A stretch of 64,000 nt of DNA, from contig JBEUKZ010000054.1 of NCBI GenBank assembly GCA_048128005.1, positions 186,001-250,000 on the forward strand, written 5' to 3'. The notes beneath the pieces are model-generated. The model did no database searches. It worked only from the letters and a program-made list of their open reading frames with translations, and had not been told where the DNA came from. Origin of the DNA: Veleropilina oligotropha. Its lineage: Eukaryota. Within the stretch, counting starts at the first letter, position 1; each line of letters begins with the position of its first letter. A program made the translations under genes and the position numbers. Below, one piece after another: positions 28,017-42,400 of the stretch.

Positions 28017-29145
28017 TCAAAATACGTATTTAGAGCTAAAAATGTCTATGCTATCATGTTTACAGATATTGTTAAAATCAGTTTGAACTATCGTAAAATA
28101 TGAATATTTCCTAACATTTATTCGGCAACGTGGGGGTAAAAATACAGATTGATTTCTTAAATGTCTAGTAGGTGCATAAAAGTTTACTTGGGATAAAAGA
28201 TAAGAGCTATGAAATCTACAATTTAAAATCGAATGTAAAAATGTACAATCCAACAGTTTTCTTCTACTTTCTAAAGTTGGTAGGGTAAAAATACTACATG
28301 CTTCAATATATCCTATATTAAAATAATCTAATCCCGTCTTATAACATAAATATCTAACAAAGCTTTTTTGCACTGTTTCTATTTTATTAAAATGGGTTTT
28401 TGTATGTGGTGCCCAGACCACGGAACAGTATTCTAACTTACTTCTAGTGAGGTATACAGAGTCTTGAAAGCATCAGGAGTTTTAAAACATTTACTCGTTC
28501 TTTTTATAAAACCAAGCATCTTAAATGCACTAGCGCATATGGTATCTATATGGCTTTTAAAATTTAAATCTGAGGTTAATTGAACGCCAAGATCTCTGAC
28601 TTCGCTTACCCTGACCAAACAATTATTAGTAATGCTATAGTTATATTATATAGGCTGTTTCTTACCGGTAAAGGAAATAACCTGGCATTTTCTAACATTC
28701 AAATGATGTTTCCATGTTTTGCACCAAGTTTCAACGTTATGTAAATCACTTTGTAACTTATCACAATTTTTTAATTGATTCAACTTCCTTATACATTTTA
28801 GAATCATCTGCATACATGGAAATGTCAGAGTATTATAATACATCTGGTAAATCATTTATATACAATACAAATAAAGTGGTCCCAATATAGATCCTTGGGG
28901 AACACCAGAAGATACATTTTGAACAGTAGAATTAAAACCATTTATAACAACTTTCTGTTTTCTGAGTGTAAGTTATGACTTCATAAATTCTAAAAACACA
29001 CCGTCGACACCAAAATATTTCAATTTATGTACTAATAGTGTATGATTGATAGTATCAAAAGCCTTCGAAAAATCTATATACACACTGTCGACTTGCTTTC
29101 CGGAATCTATACTCTTTGATAATTTGTCAACGTACTCGACTAAAT
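28017..29145 (-). mobile_element. CR1-group LINE RT fragment, distinct family
   Basis: VDSVYIDFSKAFDTI, GVPQGSILG, YADDSK, VRDLGV, VWAPH..KIETVQKSFVRYL; frameshifted. Confidence 0.85.
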
Positions 29146-29897
29146 ATAGGCTATCTCTTTCTGCCTATTCCATTGTTTTTCTGTCAATGGATACCCACAT
29201 TATATTCTACTAGACAGACTAATAGCCTATGCGCCATGAAATGCTACTTTGATCATGGCTATCGGGTTCCCGTCTGACACAATACCGTGATCTATTGTCT
29301 CCGGATCTCCTTAGCGTTTAGATGTTTGCATTTCCGATGCAATTCCGCGGCTCGAATGTCTACTATGTCAGCGAGTAATTATGGTGATTACGACAGTCGA
29401 TGAACAAATGATGCAGATTACGCGTCTTCAGGCTCGCTCCTGATTATTAATGAGACATCGTCAGACATTCCCACACTTCCCCGATAAATGTATCGTATAG
29501 TCTCTATTGTACCAGCTCAAGTGCACTATGGAAATATATAGTAAAGAGTTGTGCACTTATTGTTACGTTATTACCATGGTTACTTGGTATAATAAACAAA
29601 GAATAGTTTGATTATATTTTTATTGAATTTTTTTGTTAACAAATTGACAAAAAGACATGCATGCAAAATGTATAGACGTGCAATCAATTCGATTTCATGA
29701 AGTAGGTCTTACGCAATCAGCCGTCAAGACGATACAACAGATTCCGCAATTCTTTTTCAGATAACAATACCAAAACCTTAATTGCCCAATAAAATATTAT
29801 TGTTTACGCACATGTCAAATCTCGCATGGAGTACAAGTATTTGAAAATCGAAACACCGGTTTTGCAGGAAACATCTTATTAATGTAAAGACATTAAA

Positions 29898-30279
29898 TCA
29901 ACAAGGACACTCCGAGTAATAAACACCCGCCACGTCTAAAAAATTCATGATCCTGCTCTCAAGACCCGGGTATGACGTCTAATGGGTTGTTCCTTTACTC
30001 CGTTAGCAAATTTTCATCGAAATCCGTCCATATACATTTTACGTAACGCTGCTAACAGACAGACAAGGGTGAATACACAACCTCCTTGGTGGGGATAACG
30101 TAACTCTGCTAACAGACAGACAAGGGTGAATACACAACCTCCTTGGTGGTGATAACGTAACGCTGCTAACAGACAGACACGGGTGAATACACAACCCCCT
30201 TGGTGGTGATAACGTAACGCTGCTAACAGACAGACAAGGGTGAATACACAACCTCCTTGGTGGAGATAACGTAACGCTG
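29898..30279. mobile_element. HINE-like fragment whose end is amplified as a 57-bp tandem x4 (30041-30279)
   Basis: aaattttcatcgaaatccgtcc..acagacagacaagggtgaatacacaacctccttggtgg resembles the recalled terminus of widespread HINE-type elements; tandem seen directly. Confidence 0.6.
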
Positions 30280-30317
30280 GTCTATATCATTGTAATGCTC
30301 TTTCTTTCCATTTACAG

Positions 30318-30484
30318 AGCGTGATGGATTTCAATAAAGAAACTGCTCGCTACTGTAATCTCGTTGTTGGTCTCGGCGCGTCACAGGATAACGATAACCT
30401 GCGAGACGAACTCAAGCGAATCAGACGGCGAGCTGTTGATCATGCGCAACAGACCAAAATTAAACTGTTGCCATTACTACGAAA
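30318..30484 (+). CDS. RGS9BP: RGS9BP-like coding exon A (167 nt)
   Basis: Pyrimidine tract + tttacAG acceptor, AA|gtaagt donor; [55 protein letters not shown]. In-frame ATG at 30324. Confidence 0.88.
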
Positions 30485-33400
30485 GTAAGTGGTGAACGAA
30501 ATTTCACCCGATTCTAAACAACGCAGAAATTACGTTGTGTTTTTAAAGTTCTTATCGCACATGATTGTTTGAAATAAATGTATGAATTATGGATAACCAT
30601 TTTCATACTAATTGTGGGTAAATATTGTCCGTGGTTTATTTTATATTGTGTCGAATGCTAAGAAATAATAACAATTTTCCAATTTTTTGTTCCAAAATCC
30701 AAAGTATGACAGTAGCTATTGCAATAGGAATGATGTTGAATGTTTCGTCTTCCCATTTACATATATTCACATCGTCCTCTATTTAGCTCACTACAGTTTG
30801 ATTGGGTTCATACTACTATGAACGCAATAGTGAAAATAGGCTAGGCGTAGTAATACCGGACTACATTGACCCTGTTGGAATATAATTGTTTTACGTGTAA
30901 ATCTTTGTCTGTATTAATGTAAAATTTACATTATATATTTAATATCAAATACATTTATGAATTGAGTTTAACAATATTGTTCACTATTTTTACCACAGAA
31001 TGAAATTTATACAGGAGCTATTTTTTGCACGATGGGAAGGCTGTTCCGTTAATTGGACGTTACATGACGATTACAATAACAACTACATCATAACAAACTA
31101 AATATTATGTTTATTTTTACGAGATTCTGATTATGTCGGTCATTGAATCATATAAGGATTGAACTGCAGTTTGGTTGCTTTTATGCTGGTATGAACGCAA
31201 GCAGCAATTACATATTATATATGAAGCGCTAACGCGCTCCATAGAAGATGTATTTGCTGCTTGCGTTCATACCAGCATAAACGCAACCAAACTGCAGTTC
31301 AATCCCTATATGATTCAATGACCGACATAATCAAAATTGGAACTTTTAAATAATTTATTTCCTTCCCAAAAAGGAACAATTTTGAAAATACAAATATAAT
31401 ATGGCATGATCAGCGTTCTTGTACAAGAAAAATCAATTACAATTTGTGAAAAGCAAAGCAATAATATATCAACACTATATCAGATATTTATTCCCTGTAC
31501 GGTTATAATAAACTCACCTCACTTAAAATGAACAAAAATCAATAAACCACGCTAATATGTACTGAAATTATTGTTTGAATGTTACCTATAAATCACAACA
31601 CAGCATGAAATTTCTTGATATATCGCGGTGTATGGTCTTATCTAAATGAATATTCAGCAAACCTTAAACAGAAGTGTGACAGACCTGCGACATAACCTTT
31701 CCCCCGAGATTTCAACGTCGACAAAAAAATCAGGATAATAGTATAGACCGCACAATATCTTAGGAAAATAATATTACTGAAAACGATCTATCTAATATAT
31801 CTTCCTAAATACGTAGATGAGCCGCAGATGCTGGTATCAACCATAATTACACTGTTATTCAGCATGAAACGATCGTTTTGGTCAATTACGCTGTTAAGTT
31901 CTATTCGTTATATGCTTTGGCACAGAAAAGAGTTAAATAGATTAAATATAATTTGTTTTATGTTTGGAAAGCACATTACTGTAACTCATATAAAAGCCCA
32001 TTGAAGTTGTCTTGTCCTCTATAACCTGCCCTGCTTCTTAAAATTCTCATCTAGGCGAATTTTAAATTGGTTTACAGATGTTGATTCCACTACATTATTA
32101 GGAAGAGCATTCCATTCATCGACAACCCGATTTGAGAAAAAGTGTTTTCTAACGTCAAGTCGGAATCGCTTTTTGGAAATCTTGTATTGATGCCCCCTGG
32201 TATGTCTTTGGTTCATCTGAAAAAAGAAACTATTGTCAACGTAACGTCGTTGTCTTTTCCTGTAAACATTTTAAACACCTGAATCATATCACCTCTTATC
32301 CTTCTCAAAGATAACATTGTGGGGTTCAGTGCTCTTAGTCTGTCCTCGTATGGCAATTCCCTTAATTCTTATATCAATTTTGTGGCTCTTCTTTGAACAT
32401 GTTCTAGAATATTGATATCCTTTGCAAGATATGGACACTATGCGGTCTAATCATTTGCTTGTATAGGCGAGTTATGATGGTTTTAGATTTAAAATTAAAG
32501 CTTCTCTTTATCATTCCCAATATTTGATGTCCCTTTTTGGCTGACTCTGCACATTGATTTGATGGTTTGAATGTCTTGTCTACCCATACACCCAAATCTT
32601 TTTCTTTAGCCACTTCTTGTAAAGCTTCTGAACCCATTTCATAATTATAGGTATTGTTGTTATAACCCACATGCATTACTTTACATTTACTGGTGTTGAA
32701 AAGCATTTGCCAGTCCTCAGACCATTTTACCACATTATTTAAGTCACCTTGAAGATTATTTGTATCTTTTATGTCATTTTATGTCATTTTAATATATGAG
32801 AAACAACAATGGTCCCAAAACAGAACCTTGTGGGACTCCACTTAGTACCGGTTCCCACTTTGACTTTATCCCATTTATTACAACCCTCTGTTTTCTATTT
32901 TCTAGCCACTTACATGATCCAATTTAGTATTTGGCCTTTAATGCCATGGTTACTTAATTTTACTAATAGTCGTTTATGTGGTACTTTATCGAATGCTTTC
33001 TGAAAATCAAGATATATGATATCAACTGTTTTCCCGTGTCAATTGCACTTGTTACATCTTCAAAAAAAATTCTTTTCTCCATAAACCCATGCTGACTAAG
33101 GTTTAGAAGGCCAAATTTATTTATTTGTTTTAAAATAGCATCCTTTAAGATAGATTCCATTATTTTGCCTACTATTGATGTCAGACTAATAGGTCGGTAA
33201 GTATAGGTTACTAATCGAGTTGGAGGTATTCATCGATTTGAAAGACCTGCGCCCGTGCGGATCGTGACACCCAGACCGCGAAGCGGTCAAGGTGTTACCG
33301 CACGGAAGCAGGTCTTTCAAACGAGGCTTGTAACCGACTTACACAACGGCTAATTAGCTCCTTTGTTGTCAATTTTTCTTGTGATCAGCTTTAGCCGTCT

Positions 33401-36400
33401 TGCACGGACGCAGGTCGGGATAGAGTGAAAAGTAGGGCGGTATGGCTATACATAGGTTGCAGACACGTGACCAAAACCACGTGATCACCGAGTGTGTCGC
33501 CATCATGGAAGGCAAACACTCTTAGCAGTCAATCAAATGAATACTGGTCAATACTAAAATATCTGTAGAAATGAATAAAATACGTGTGAATTAAGGAGCA
33601 TTCAGTTAATTTTTTGAATATTCACGAGTTGCTGTTCTTACGGGAAGTTGTTACGTTTGATATCGCAACAGCAGAAAAACAAATGCGGCGAATAAAGTAA
33701 ATATTCATGTAATAAGCTACTGTTACTGACTTTAATTAATTAGTTCCTACATTTGATGCATATCATTATAGTACGTACTTTTTGTCTTTTTACGGATTAA
33801 TTGAATGTTTCCCCGACTTGAAAGCCAAAGTGCGCATGCATCGCACGTCGTTCTTTAGTACCCCACTGCAGTGCTAATTGTTATTTTCAATGGTTATTGT
33901 CCTGTTGATAATCCAATTGAGACCACAGGATGTCATTGCCAAGCTGATAAATAGGTAACATTTTATTTGTGCGGCAGACCCATTGTTTCTTGTAAACACA
34001 TCTAGGCTTCCGCAATAAAATATAGTTCTTGATCTAATGTCTCTCTTTCAAAGTTTATAAAATGAAACAAAAAATTTGCTGTATACCTACACTTCCAATG
34101 GTAACACATTATAGCTTTTATTTTTTTATTTTTTTTTTTTAAAAAAGACTACTAAGCTTAACGTGTCGCACATGTTTGGAAAATCCACAGCTGTATCACT
34201 GCGCGTATGTGTTTGTTCCCTAGCAGTCGCCATATGTGCACAGACCCAAGGCATGTACGAAATAAATTATAAGCTCGAATTTTATATTAAATATATAAAT
34301 ACCGAAATACACTCGGAATGCGAAAATTGCTTTCACTTTACAATGGACAACATTTCCGATCAAAGGGACTAACGTAGGCGCATACTTTTACGTTTTAAAA
34401 CAATATGAATCAATGTATCAAACTTTGATGGCGGTCTGATTTTATTTCAATTCGATGGATGTTCAACGCTATTGTTACCGTCGACAGCTGAATAAAGAAC
34501 GCAAAAGGTATTTATAAGGCTAATTGTAAGATTAGAATGAAATTTTAGCTATGGCTAGGCTTAATTAATAGCCTCAAAATTGGACCAGTTATTTAATTTA
34601 AATGACGAAGGCTCTGCTGTTGTTGTATGAACTAAACCAAATCGAACCCAAACGACAATATATATTGAAAGTACCGTCAAAACGCTTCGTGAATTTCTAT
34701 CTTTTAGACTTTATCATTTATTTTCACATAATTGAATCGCTTTATACTGTAATCTTATATCCCTCGTGTTATTCCTTGCCTTGCGTAATGGCGCCGCGCA
34801 CAGAATTATGGGTTGTGTGACGTCATCTGCAACCTATGTATACCACCCTACTTTGGAATCGTCATTGAAAACAAGGTGTTCACGCTGAATACCAACCTCT
34901 TCAAAACAAAAGAGCCGTTGTGTAATTTTGGGTATTTGATCGACTACCCTTTTTAAAGATTGGGGTAATATTTCCAGTTTTCCAGTCATCAGGCTAGCTG
35001 CCTTCTTGTAGAGTTTTATTGAATATCAGGGCTAATGGCTTTGCTAATTCATCCTTACCGTATTTTAGCAATTTGGGATATATGTTGCCAGGACCTGGAG
35101 CTTTACTGACATTTAGTAAGCTTAAATTTCATGATCTTCATAAATATGTTTTACCGGTGGAATGTTTACCGCGTCCTCAAGCGTATAAACAGATGCAAAA
35201 TATTTGTTTAGGGATTCTGAAATTTGTGCATCATCGAATATAACGTTTCCATGTTAATCGTTAAGTGATGGATGTTCACAGGTCTCTTCAATGATTAACC
35301 AAAGTGATGCGGTGTACCATTTATCGTCAGCAACATTACCCGTTACATACAGTGAATGTAAAATAAAGCACGGTATGGTTTAGATCCTATTGTCCCATAT
35401 ATATAATTTGTATTCTAGACAACCCATAAAAAGCGAAGTGAAGAGCGAGGACCAAGCCAATCTCGAACATCTATTCCGACTCTTCATCTCGTGTTTGGAG
35501 TTCTTAGAATCTCAGCTCGCCAAAACCTTATTTCTGCAAAGGATGTTTCCTCTAAACTCAGGTTAGTACAAACATTTCTTGATCTTTAAACCTTCACTGT
35601 CTTCAAATCTTCTCGTTCACGGTGACGATTTGACTAAATCGCCGACCGGAAGGGGCAGTAATGAGGAGGTGAGAACCAGAGTCGTCTGCTAACTCCTTAA
35701 ATTACTACAATGAGATATCGGAGCCCAAGTAGTAAATCAACACATGAGCAATGATATCATTGTAATGATTTGTTTAATACATAATACGTATACTTTTAAG
35801 AAATAAACATAAAAGCATACGGATTATACTATATATTTGTACATAAATTCTAAACATAATACCCGAATAACACAATTTCTGAAATAGTAGACTTCGGCGC
35901 TAATAATAGAACAAAAGAAAGGTGGTTAACTTTATATAAATGCACAACAGCAAGAATAATGCATTAAAAATGTTTTTACAAAGCACATACCATGAACAAA
36001 CTGATATACTGGAAATAAGTGTGGTAGACTAAAGTACGAATTATCCTCATTGAGTGCATTCAAAACAATATCATAAGTAAAATAAAACCATCATGTTTGG
36101 CGTCAAATGATACTATTTCCATGTGGCAGTATTGTTCTATTAGTTCAAATATCGCTCCTGGATCCCTAGTATCAGCTGAATTTCGTATCAGAGCGGGGAT
36201 CGTCTTGAATCCTGACGTAGTAGACTCTGGCACTGAGAACATGGCTACTTGACAGCAAGACAGATATTTGGATAAGCCATGTCATTGGTTAATAGTGGGA
36301 TAAGCCATGTCATTGGTTAATAGTGGGATAAGCCATATCATTGGTTAATAGTGGGATAAGCCATGTCATTGGTTAATAGTGGGATAAGCCATGTCATTGG

Positions 36401-39400
36401 TTAATAGTGGGATAAGCCATGTCATTGGTTAATAGTGGGATAAGCCATGTCATTGGTTAATAGTGGGATAAGCCATGTCATTGCTTAATAGTGGGATAAG
36501 CCATGTCATTGGTTAATAGTGGGATAAGCCATGTCATTGGTTAATAGTGGGATAAGCCATGTCATTGGTTAATAGTGGGATAAGCCATGTCATTGGTTAA
36601 TAGTGGGATAAGCCATGTCATTGGTTAATAGTGGGATAAGCCATGTCATTGGTTAATAGTGGGATAAGCCATGTCATTGGTTAATAGTGGGATAAGGCAT
36701 GTCATTGGTTAATAGTGGGATAAGCCATGTCATTGGTTAATAGTGGGATAAGCCATGTCATTGGTTAATAGTGGGATAAGCCATGTCATTGGTTAATAGT
36801 GGAAATATCGACAAAGTAATATGGAGAATATAATATTTCCCAAAATTTAAAAATCCGGACATAGCAGACTCTGGTTCTCACCTCATCAGTTATATGTCAG
36901 TTTTAACTGATGATTATTTGTGAGATGTATAGAGTTTGCTTATTAATAATGTATACAAAAAGTGATGTCTTCAACCATATTAACGGTATATGAGAAAGGG
37001 TTTGCATGACTGTAGTTTGCCTGATTGTCTTTGAGTCTTCATGCCAGCCACGAATTAGTCTTCATTATTTGTTAATGTTTATTCAGTGACATCTGCTATA
37101 AATGTAATCGATTGATAAAATACGCTAAAAGCTTTCACGAAAACAGCAGTATCCCTCTAGGATACATTTGTAATGGTCGCTGATACCGGATTATGCAACA
37201 GAACAAAACGCACTGGTTGGCGAAACCGATGGTGCGTGGAGTGGATTACTGCATCCCATATAGCATGGCTAAACCGAGTTATAACTTCGTAAACTACTAT
37301 AAAGTTGAGCCCAAATGCACTGACAAATTATTACTTTGTAATTATATTCTAAACTGTTTTGTAACAAATTGATTCTCGATAGATAAATGAATGTTTCCTT
37401 TAATTTCCATTTAAACAATTTTCCGACGTTTACAGTATGGAACCCGGTTTAAGGCCCCATCCGACCAAATCTATATATATATGGCTAATGCCTTCTATTA
37501 TTTCAAGCGATATAATACATCACCGGAGAAATTCGAACTCGACATCTACCATTTCCAGATGAGTGTTAACCAATCATACACCAAGGCTGCACTGTTCATT
37601 GAAGGAAGCCTCAAAATGCCACCAAAAGCTTCACAATATAAATATCTTGCCTTGTACTAAACGTTGCTAGCTTCTTAAAGCAGACATACCAATGACAAAC
37701 GGATACATTTGTGGTCGTGAGTAAAACGACCGGAAATGGAAACAGAATCCCACCCGCCTTATTATCCGTTTCCGTTCATCATATGTCTTCATAAATAAAA
37801 AGTTTACACAAAACATGATAATGTCGTTAAACCGGGGTCCGACTTCTGCGAAATATGGTTGTAGAACATAACCGACTTGCATTCAGTGCTTAGTTTATAG
37901 CTAATTGAACCACTTCGATGACATACTATCCTGGCTCTCTTAGATTCCACGGTGCTAATAAACACTGGTATCGCTGAACCATTACAACGACGACGATGCA
38001 GCCTTCTGGCCGACCCGGACCCGCCGTCGACCAGCAAGGTGGCGCTATCAGAAGGCGAAGAATTCAAGAGACTGGAGAGGTAAGCGCCGACGAAAAGCCT
38101 CAAAAGTGCTCTTTTATGAAAATGTCTCTGTGATTACGTTGCGCATTAAAATATTTCTCTAACTCCAGATAGGCATCGTAGCAGAGAAGGTGGTGTAGTT
38201 TCTGGAAGCATATTGCGTTGATACATGTCCTTTATACTGCTTCTTTGTTGCATACGAACTGATATGAAAAGAAAATGAAATGGACGTTAATTGGAAGTAG
38301 TGTGGTTATCACAAAGGCCAATACGACCATACAGACACATCTAAACTTATAATCTAGATACGGAGCGAGCCAAAATAAAAGTCAAATTTATACAGCTTTT
38401 ATGTGAACAAGAAGGAACCACCGAAACACGCATCATACGGTTTAATTATGATTTCTGTAAAAATTAGTAACAAAATTCGTGACTCTCGTACATCTTCTAT
38501 TCAATTTATGCATTGAGGAAATATTACGTTTTAGCAAATAAAACAGGACATTTAATGCCGTTACGTCGAGCCCGAGAGAGTCGAAGTGAAAACTTTTCTT
38601 TAGGAAAAACATACCATATGCCTGTGCACATGCATTTTCAGATAGTTGTTTTTTAAATTATTTCACTTTTTGTCATTTTGAATTGGTCTATTTCTCATTA
38701 AATTATGTACTTTTAAGTACTTTTCTAAATGTAATTTGTGTTAATTTCAAACGTTTTTATTTCAAGTGAAATTACGGAACTGCAAGCGATGCTGTACAGC
38801 ATAAATCAGAGCGTAGACATCCAGCCATGGGAGATAGAATCTGAAGTAAACAATGCAATTAAATATGGTAAGTAGCTACAAAATATATCAGTAATACTCA
38901 ATTAAATAATCCCAAAACATGTGGCCTAAAAAGTCAACACTTAACGACGACGTTGCGCCTTCTTAAGTAGACCTCTTGCAGTTGTTCATTCGCTTCTTGT
39001 TAAACGCCCGATCTCGGCGGTTTCACTTGGTCAAGGAATAAGCATATATTAAATAGATTAAATAGAATTTGGTTGGGTTTTGAAAGCCCATTACTGCCAC
39101 GCATATATAAAAACCCATTGAGTTGTCTTGTCATCTATAACCTGCCCTGCTTCTTAAAATGCTCATCTAGACGATTTTTAAATTGGTTTACAGATGTAGA
39201 TTCCACTACATTATATAAATTAGGAAGAACTTTCCATTTATCGACAACCCGATTTGAGAAAAAATGTTTTCTAACGTCTAGTCGGAATCGTTTTTGTAAA
39301 TCTTGTATTGACTCCCCCTGGTTCGTCTGAAAAAAGAAACTATTGTCAACGTTGTCTTTTCCTGTAAACATTTTAAACACCTGAATCATATCACCTCTTA

Positions 39401-42400
39401 TCCTTCTCAAAGATAATGTTGTGAGGTTCAGTGCTCTTAGTCTGTCCTCATATGATAATTCCTTAATTCTCCTATCAATTTTTTGGCTCTTCTTAGTCTT
39501 CATGTGGTAATTACCTCAATTCTTCTATCAATTTTGTGACTCTTCTTTGAACTTTTTCTAGAATGTGAATGTCCCTGTGTATGGTCTAAGTGACCACTAT
39601 CCAACAATCATCACTAAATACAACTATAAATTTGAGAAAAAGAGTCACCACTTTGAAATTGAATATAGAAACTTTAAGGATTTTAATAAAGCACAATTTT
39701 TATTAGATTTGTGGAAAGCTCCATTTTACACTGTTGAATTGTATGTCCTGATGTGTGTCATGATGTATGGTATAAATGCTTCAGTACTGTGCTCAATAAA
39801 CATGCCCCTCTTAAAAGTAAGCGCGTTAGGCGTTATCGGCAGCCACAGTGGTATAATGATGGCATTAAATAAGCTTGTAGGTTAAGAGATTCATATAAAA
39901 GAAAAAATGATTCTGTAAATTTTAAAATGTGGATAAATAAATTTAAAAGCCTTATCCATGCATCGATGAAAAAATATGTAGAGATGGCTATAAATGAAAA
40001 ATCTAACGTTAAAAATATGTTGAATGCATTGCAAGATATCACCAATATTAAATGTAGAAAAGAACCGTACCCCAACGCAATCGAAATTGGCCCCAATATT
40101 ATTAAGGATCACGAGGAGATAGCTAACACTCTGAGCAAATATTTTAGGGACATTTCTACAACTTTAGACTTACGTACTAATCATCACCCTGATTTGAGAA
40201 ACCTTGAACAATATGTCCACACTATATTATCCAGCACTGATACGCTTGAACTAGGTGATATAACATGTGTTGATGTGATGAAATCGTTACAAAATTTGAA
40301 TACTATGAAATCTTCTGGTTTGAATGGCATTGGTCCGAACTTATTAAAAATGTCAGCAAATATTGTTTGCAAATCTCTTACATACATCTTTAATGTTAGT
40401 ATAACAACAGATAAATTTTATAATAAATTAAAGGAAGCAAAAAAATTTCCCATCCATAAGAAAGGTAGAATTTCGAACAAAACAGGCCAGTAACCAGTGA
40501 ATAATAATGATGTAGCGCTTTGAACAAGCATTCGTGCATGAAAAGGTGCAATATATGAAGCATCCATTGTTACTTACTCTGTCTCGTTACTGTCTCATTT
40601 TGGCATTGCGATTTACTAAGCATAAGACTGTTGATAAATGTTTATATATGTAAATCTAATTTCAATCTTGGATGATCGTTATGGTTACTAGAATGAGCTT
40701 TGTTGCCTTCTTCAAGTGCTTATGATCAAAGCTATTAGCAAAGACAGTGTATGTTTAAATGTGTTTTCATTTCATTATTAAGTAAACCTTTTTGCTTAGC
40801 TAGTAATTAGCTACCCGGGTTTCGCGTACTATTGTACTGCTCTAACATTTCGTTAGGTTCGGCTGCACTACTTCATATAAATTAATACCATGAAGATATT
40901 TTCAATACTGTATAATATGCTTAAAAGGATTTCGCTGTTCTCGGAACATTAAACATATACTTAATTCTCTTTCCTGCTTTGTCACAATTCAAGTAATTAT
41001 GGGTGCTTTTGTACATATGAGCGCGCTACAACACAAAGGTACAAAAACGATTGAAGATAGATTTGTATTTAACAGAATCAATATGTCTTGTTTTGAAAGA
41101 ACTAGGACGCGATGGGCGGTATATAATTTCATACATATCCATATATTGAATCGTTATACCTCGAGTGTGCACCATTGTCAACTCTAATACGCATGCGTAA
41201 CTTACAAAATTAGCGATATTGCATCAAATTAACGAGCGCCTGTATCATTCTAACGAGCGCCTGTATCATTCTAACGAGCGCCTGTATCATTCTATAACGA
41301 GAACCTGTATCATTCTAACGAGCGCCTGTATCATTCTAACGAGCGCCTGTATCATTCTAACGAGAACCTGTATCATTCTAACGAGCGCCTGTATCATTCT
41401 AACGAGCACCTGTATCATTCTAACGAGCACTTGTATCATTCTAACGAGCACCTGTATTATTCTAACGAGCACCTGTATCATTCTAACGAGCACCTGTATC
41501 ATTCTAACGAGCCCCTGTATCATTCTAACGAGCACCTGTATCATTCTAACGAGCACCTGTATCATTCTAACGAGCACCTGTATCATTCTAACGAGCACCT
41601 GTATCATTCTAACGAGCACCTGTATCATTCTAACGAGCACCTGTATCATTCTAACGAGCATCTGTATCATTCTAACGAGCACCTGTATCATTCTAACGAG
41701 CACCTGTATCATTCTAACGAGCACCTGTATCATTCTAACGAGCACCTGTATCATTCTAACGAGCGCCTGTATCATTCTAACGAGCACCTGTATCATTCCA
41801 ACGAGCGCCTGTATCATTCTAACGAGCGCCTGTATCATTCTAACGAGCGCCTGTATCATTCTAACGAGCGCCTGTATCATTCTAACGAGAACCTGTATCA
41901 TTCTAACGAGCGCCTGTATCATTCTAACGAGCACCTGTATCATTCTAACGAGCACCTGTATCATTCTAACGAGCACCTGTATCATTCTAACGAGCACCTG
42001 TATCATTCTAACGAGCACCTGTATCATTCTAACGAGCACCTGTATCATTCGAACGAGCACCTGTATCATTCTAACGAGCGCCTGTATCATTCTAACGAGC
42101 ACCTGTATCATTCTAACGAGCACATATATCATTCTAACGAGCACCTGTATCATTCTAACGAGCACCTGTATCATTCTAACGAGCGCCTGTATCATTCTAA
42201 CGAGCACCAGAATCATTCTAACGAGCGCCTGTATCATTCTAACGAGCACCTGTATCATTCTAACGAGCACCTGTATCATTCTAACGAGCACCTGTATCAT
42301 TCTAACGAGCACCTGTATCATTCTAACGAGCGCCTGTATCATTCTAACGAGCACCTGTATCATTCTAACGAGCACCTGTATCATTCTAACGAGCGCCTGT

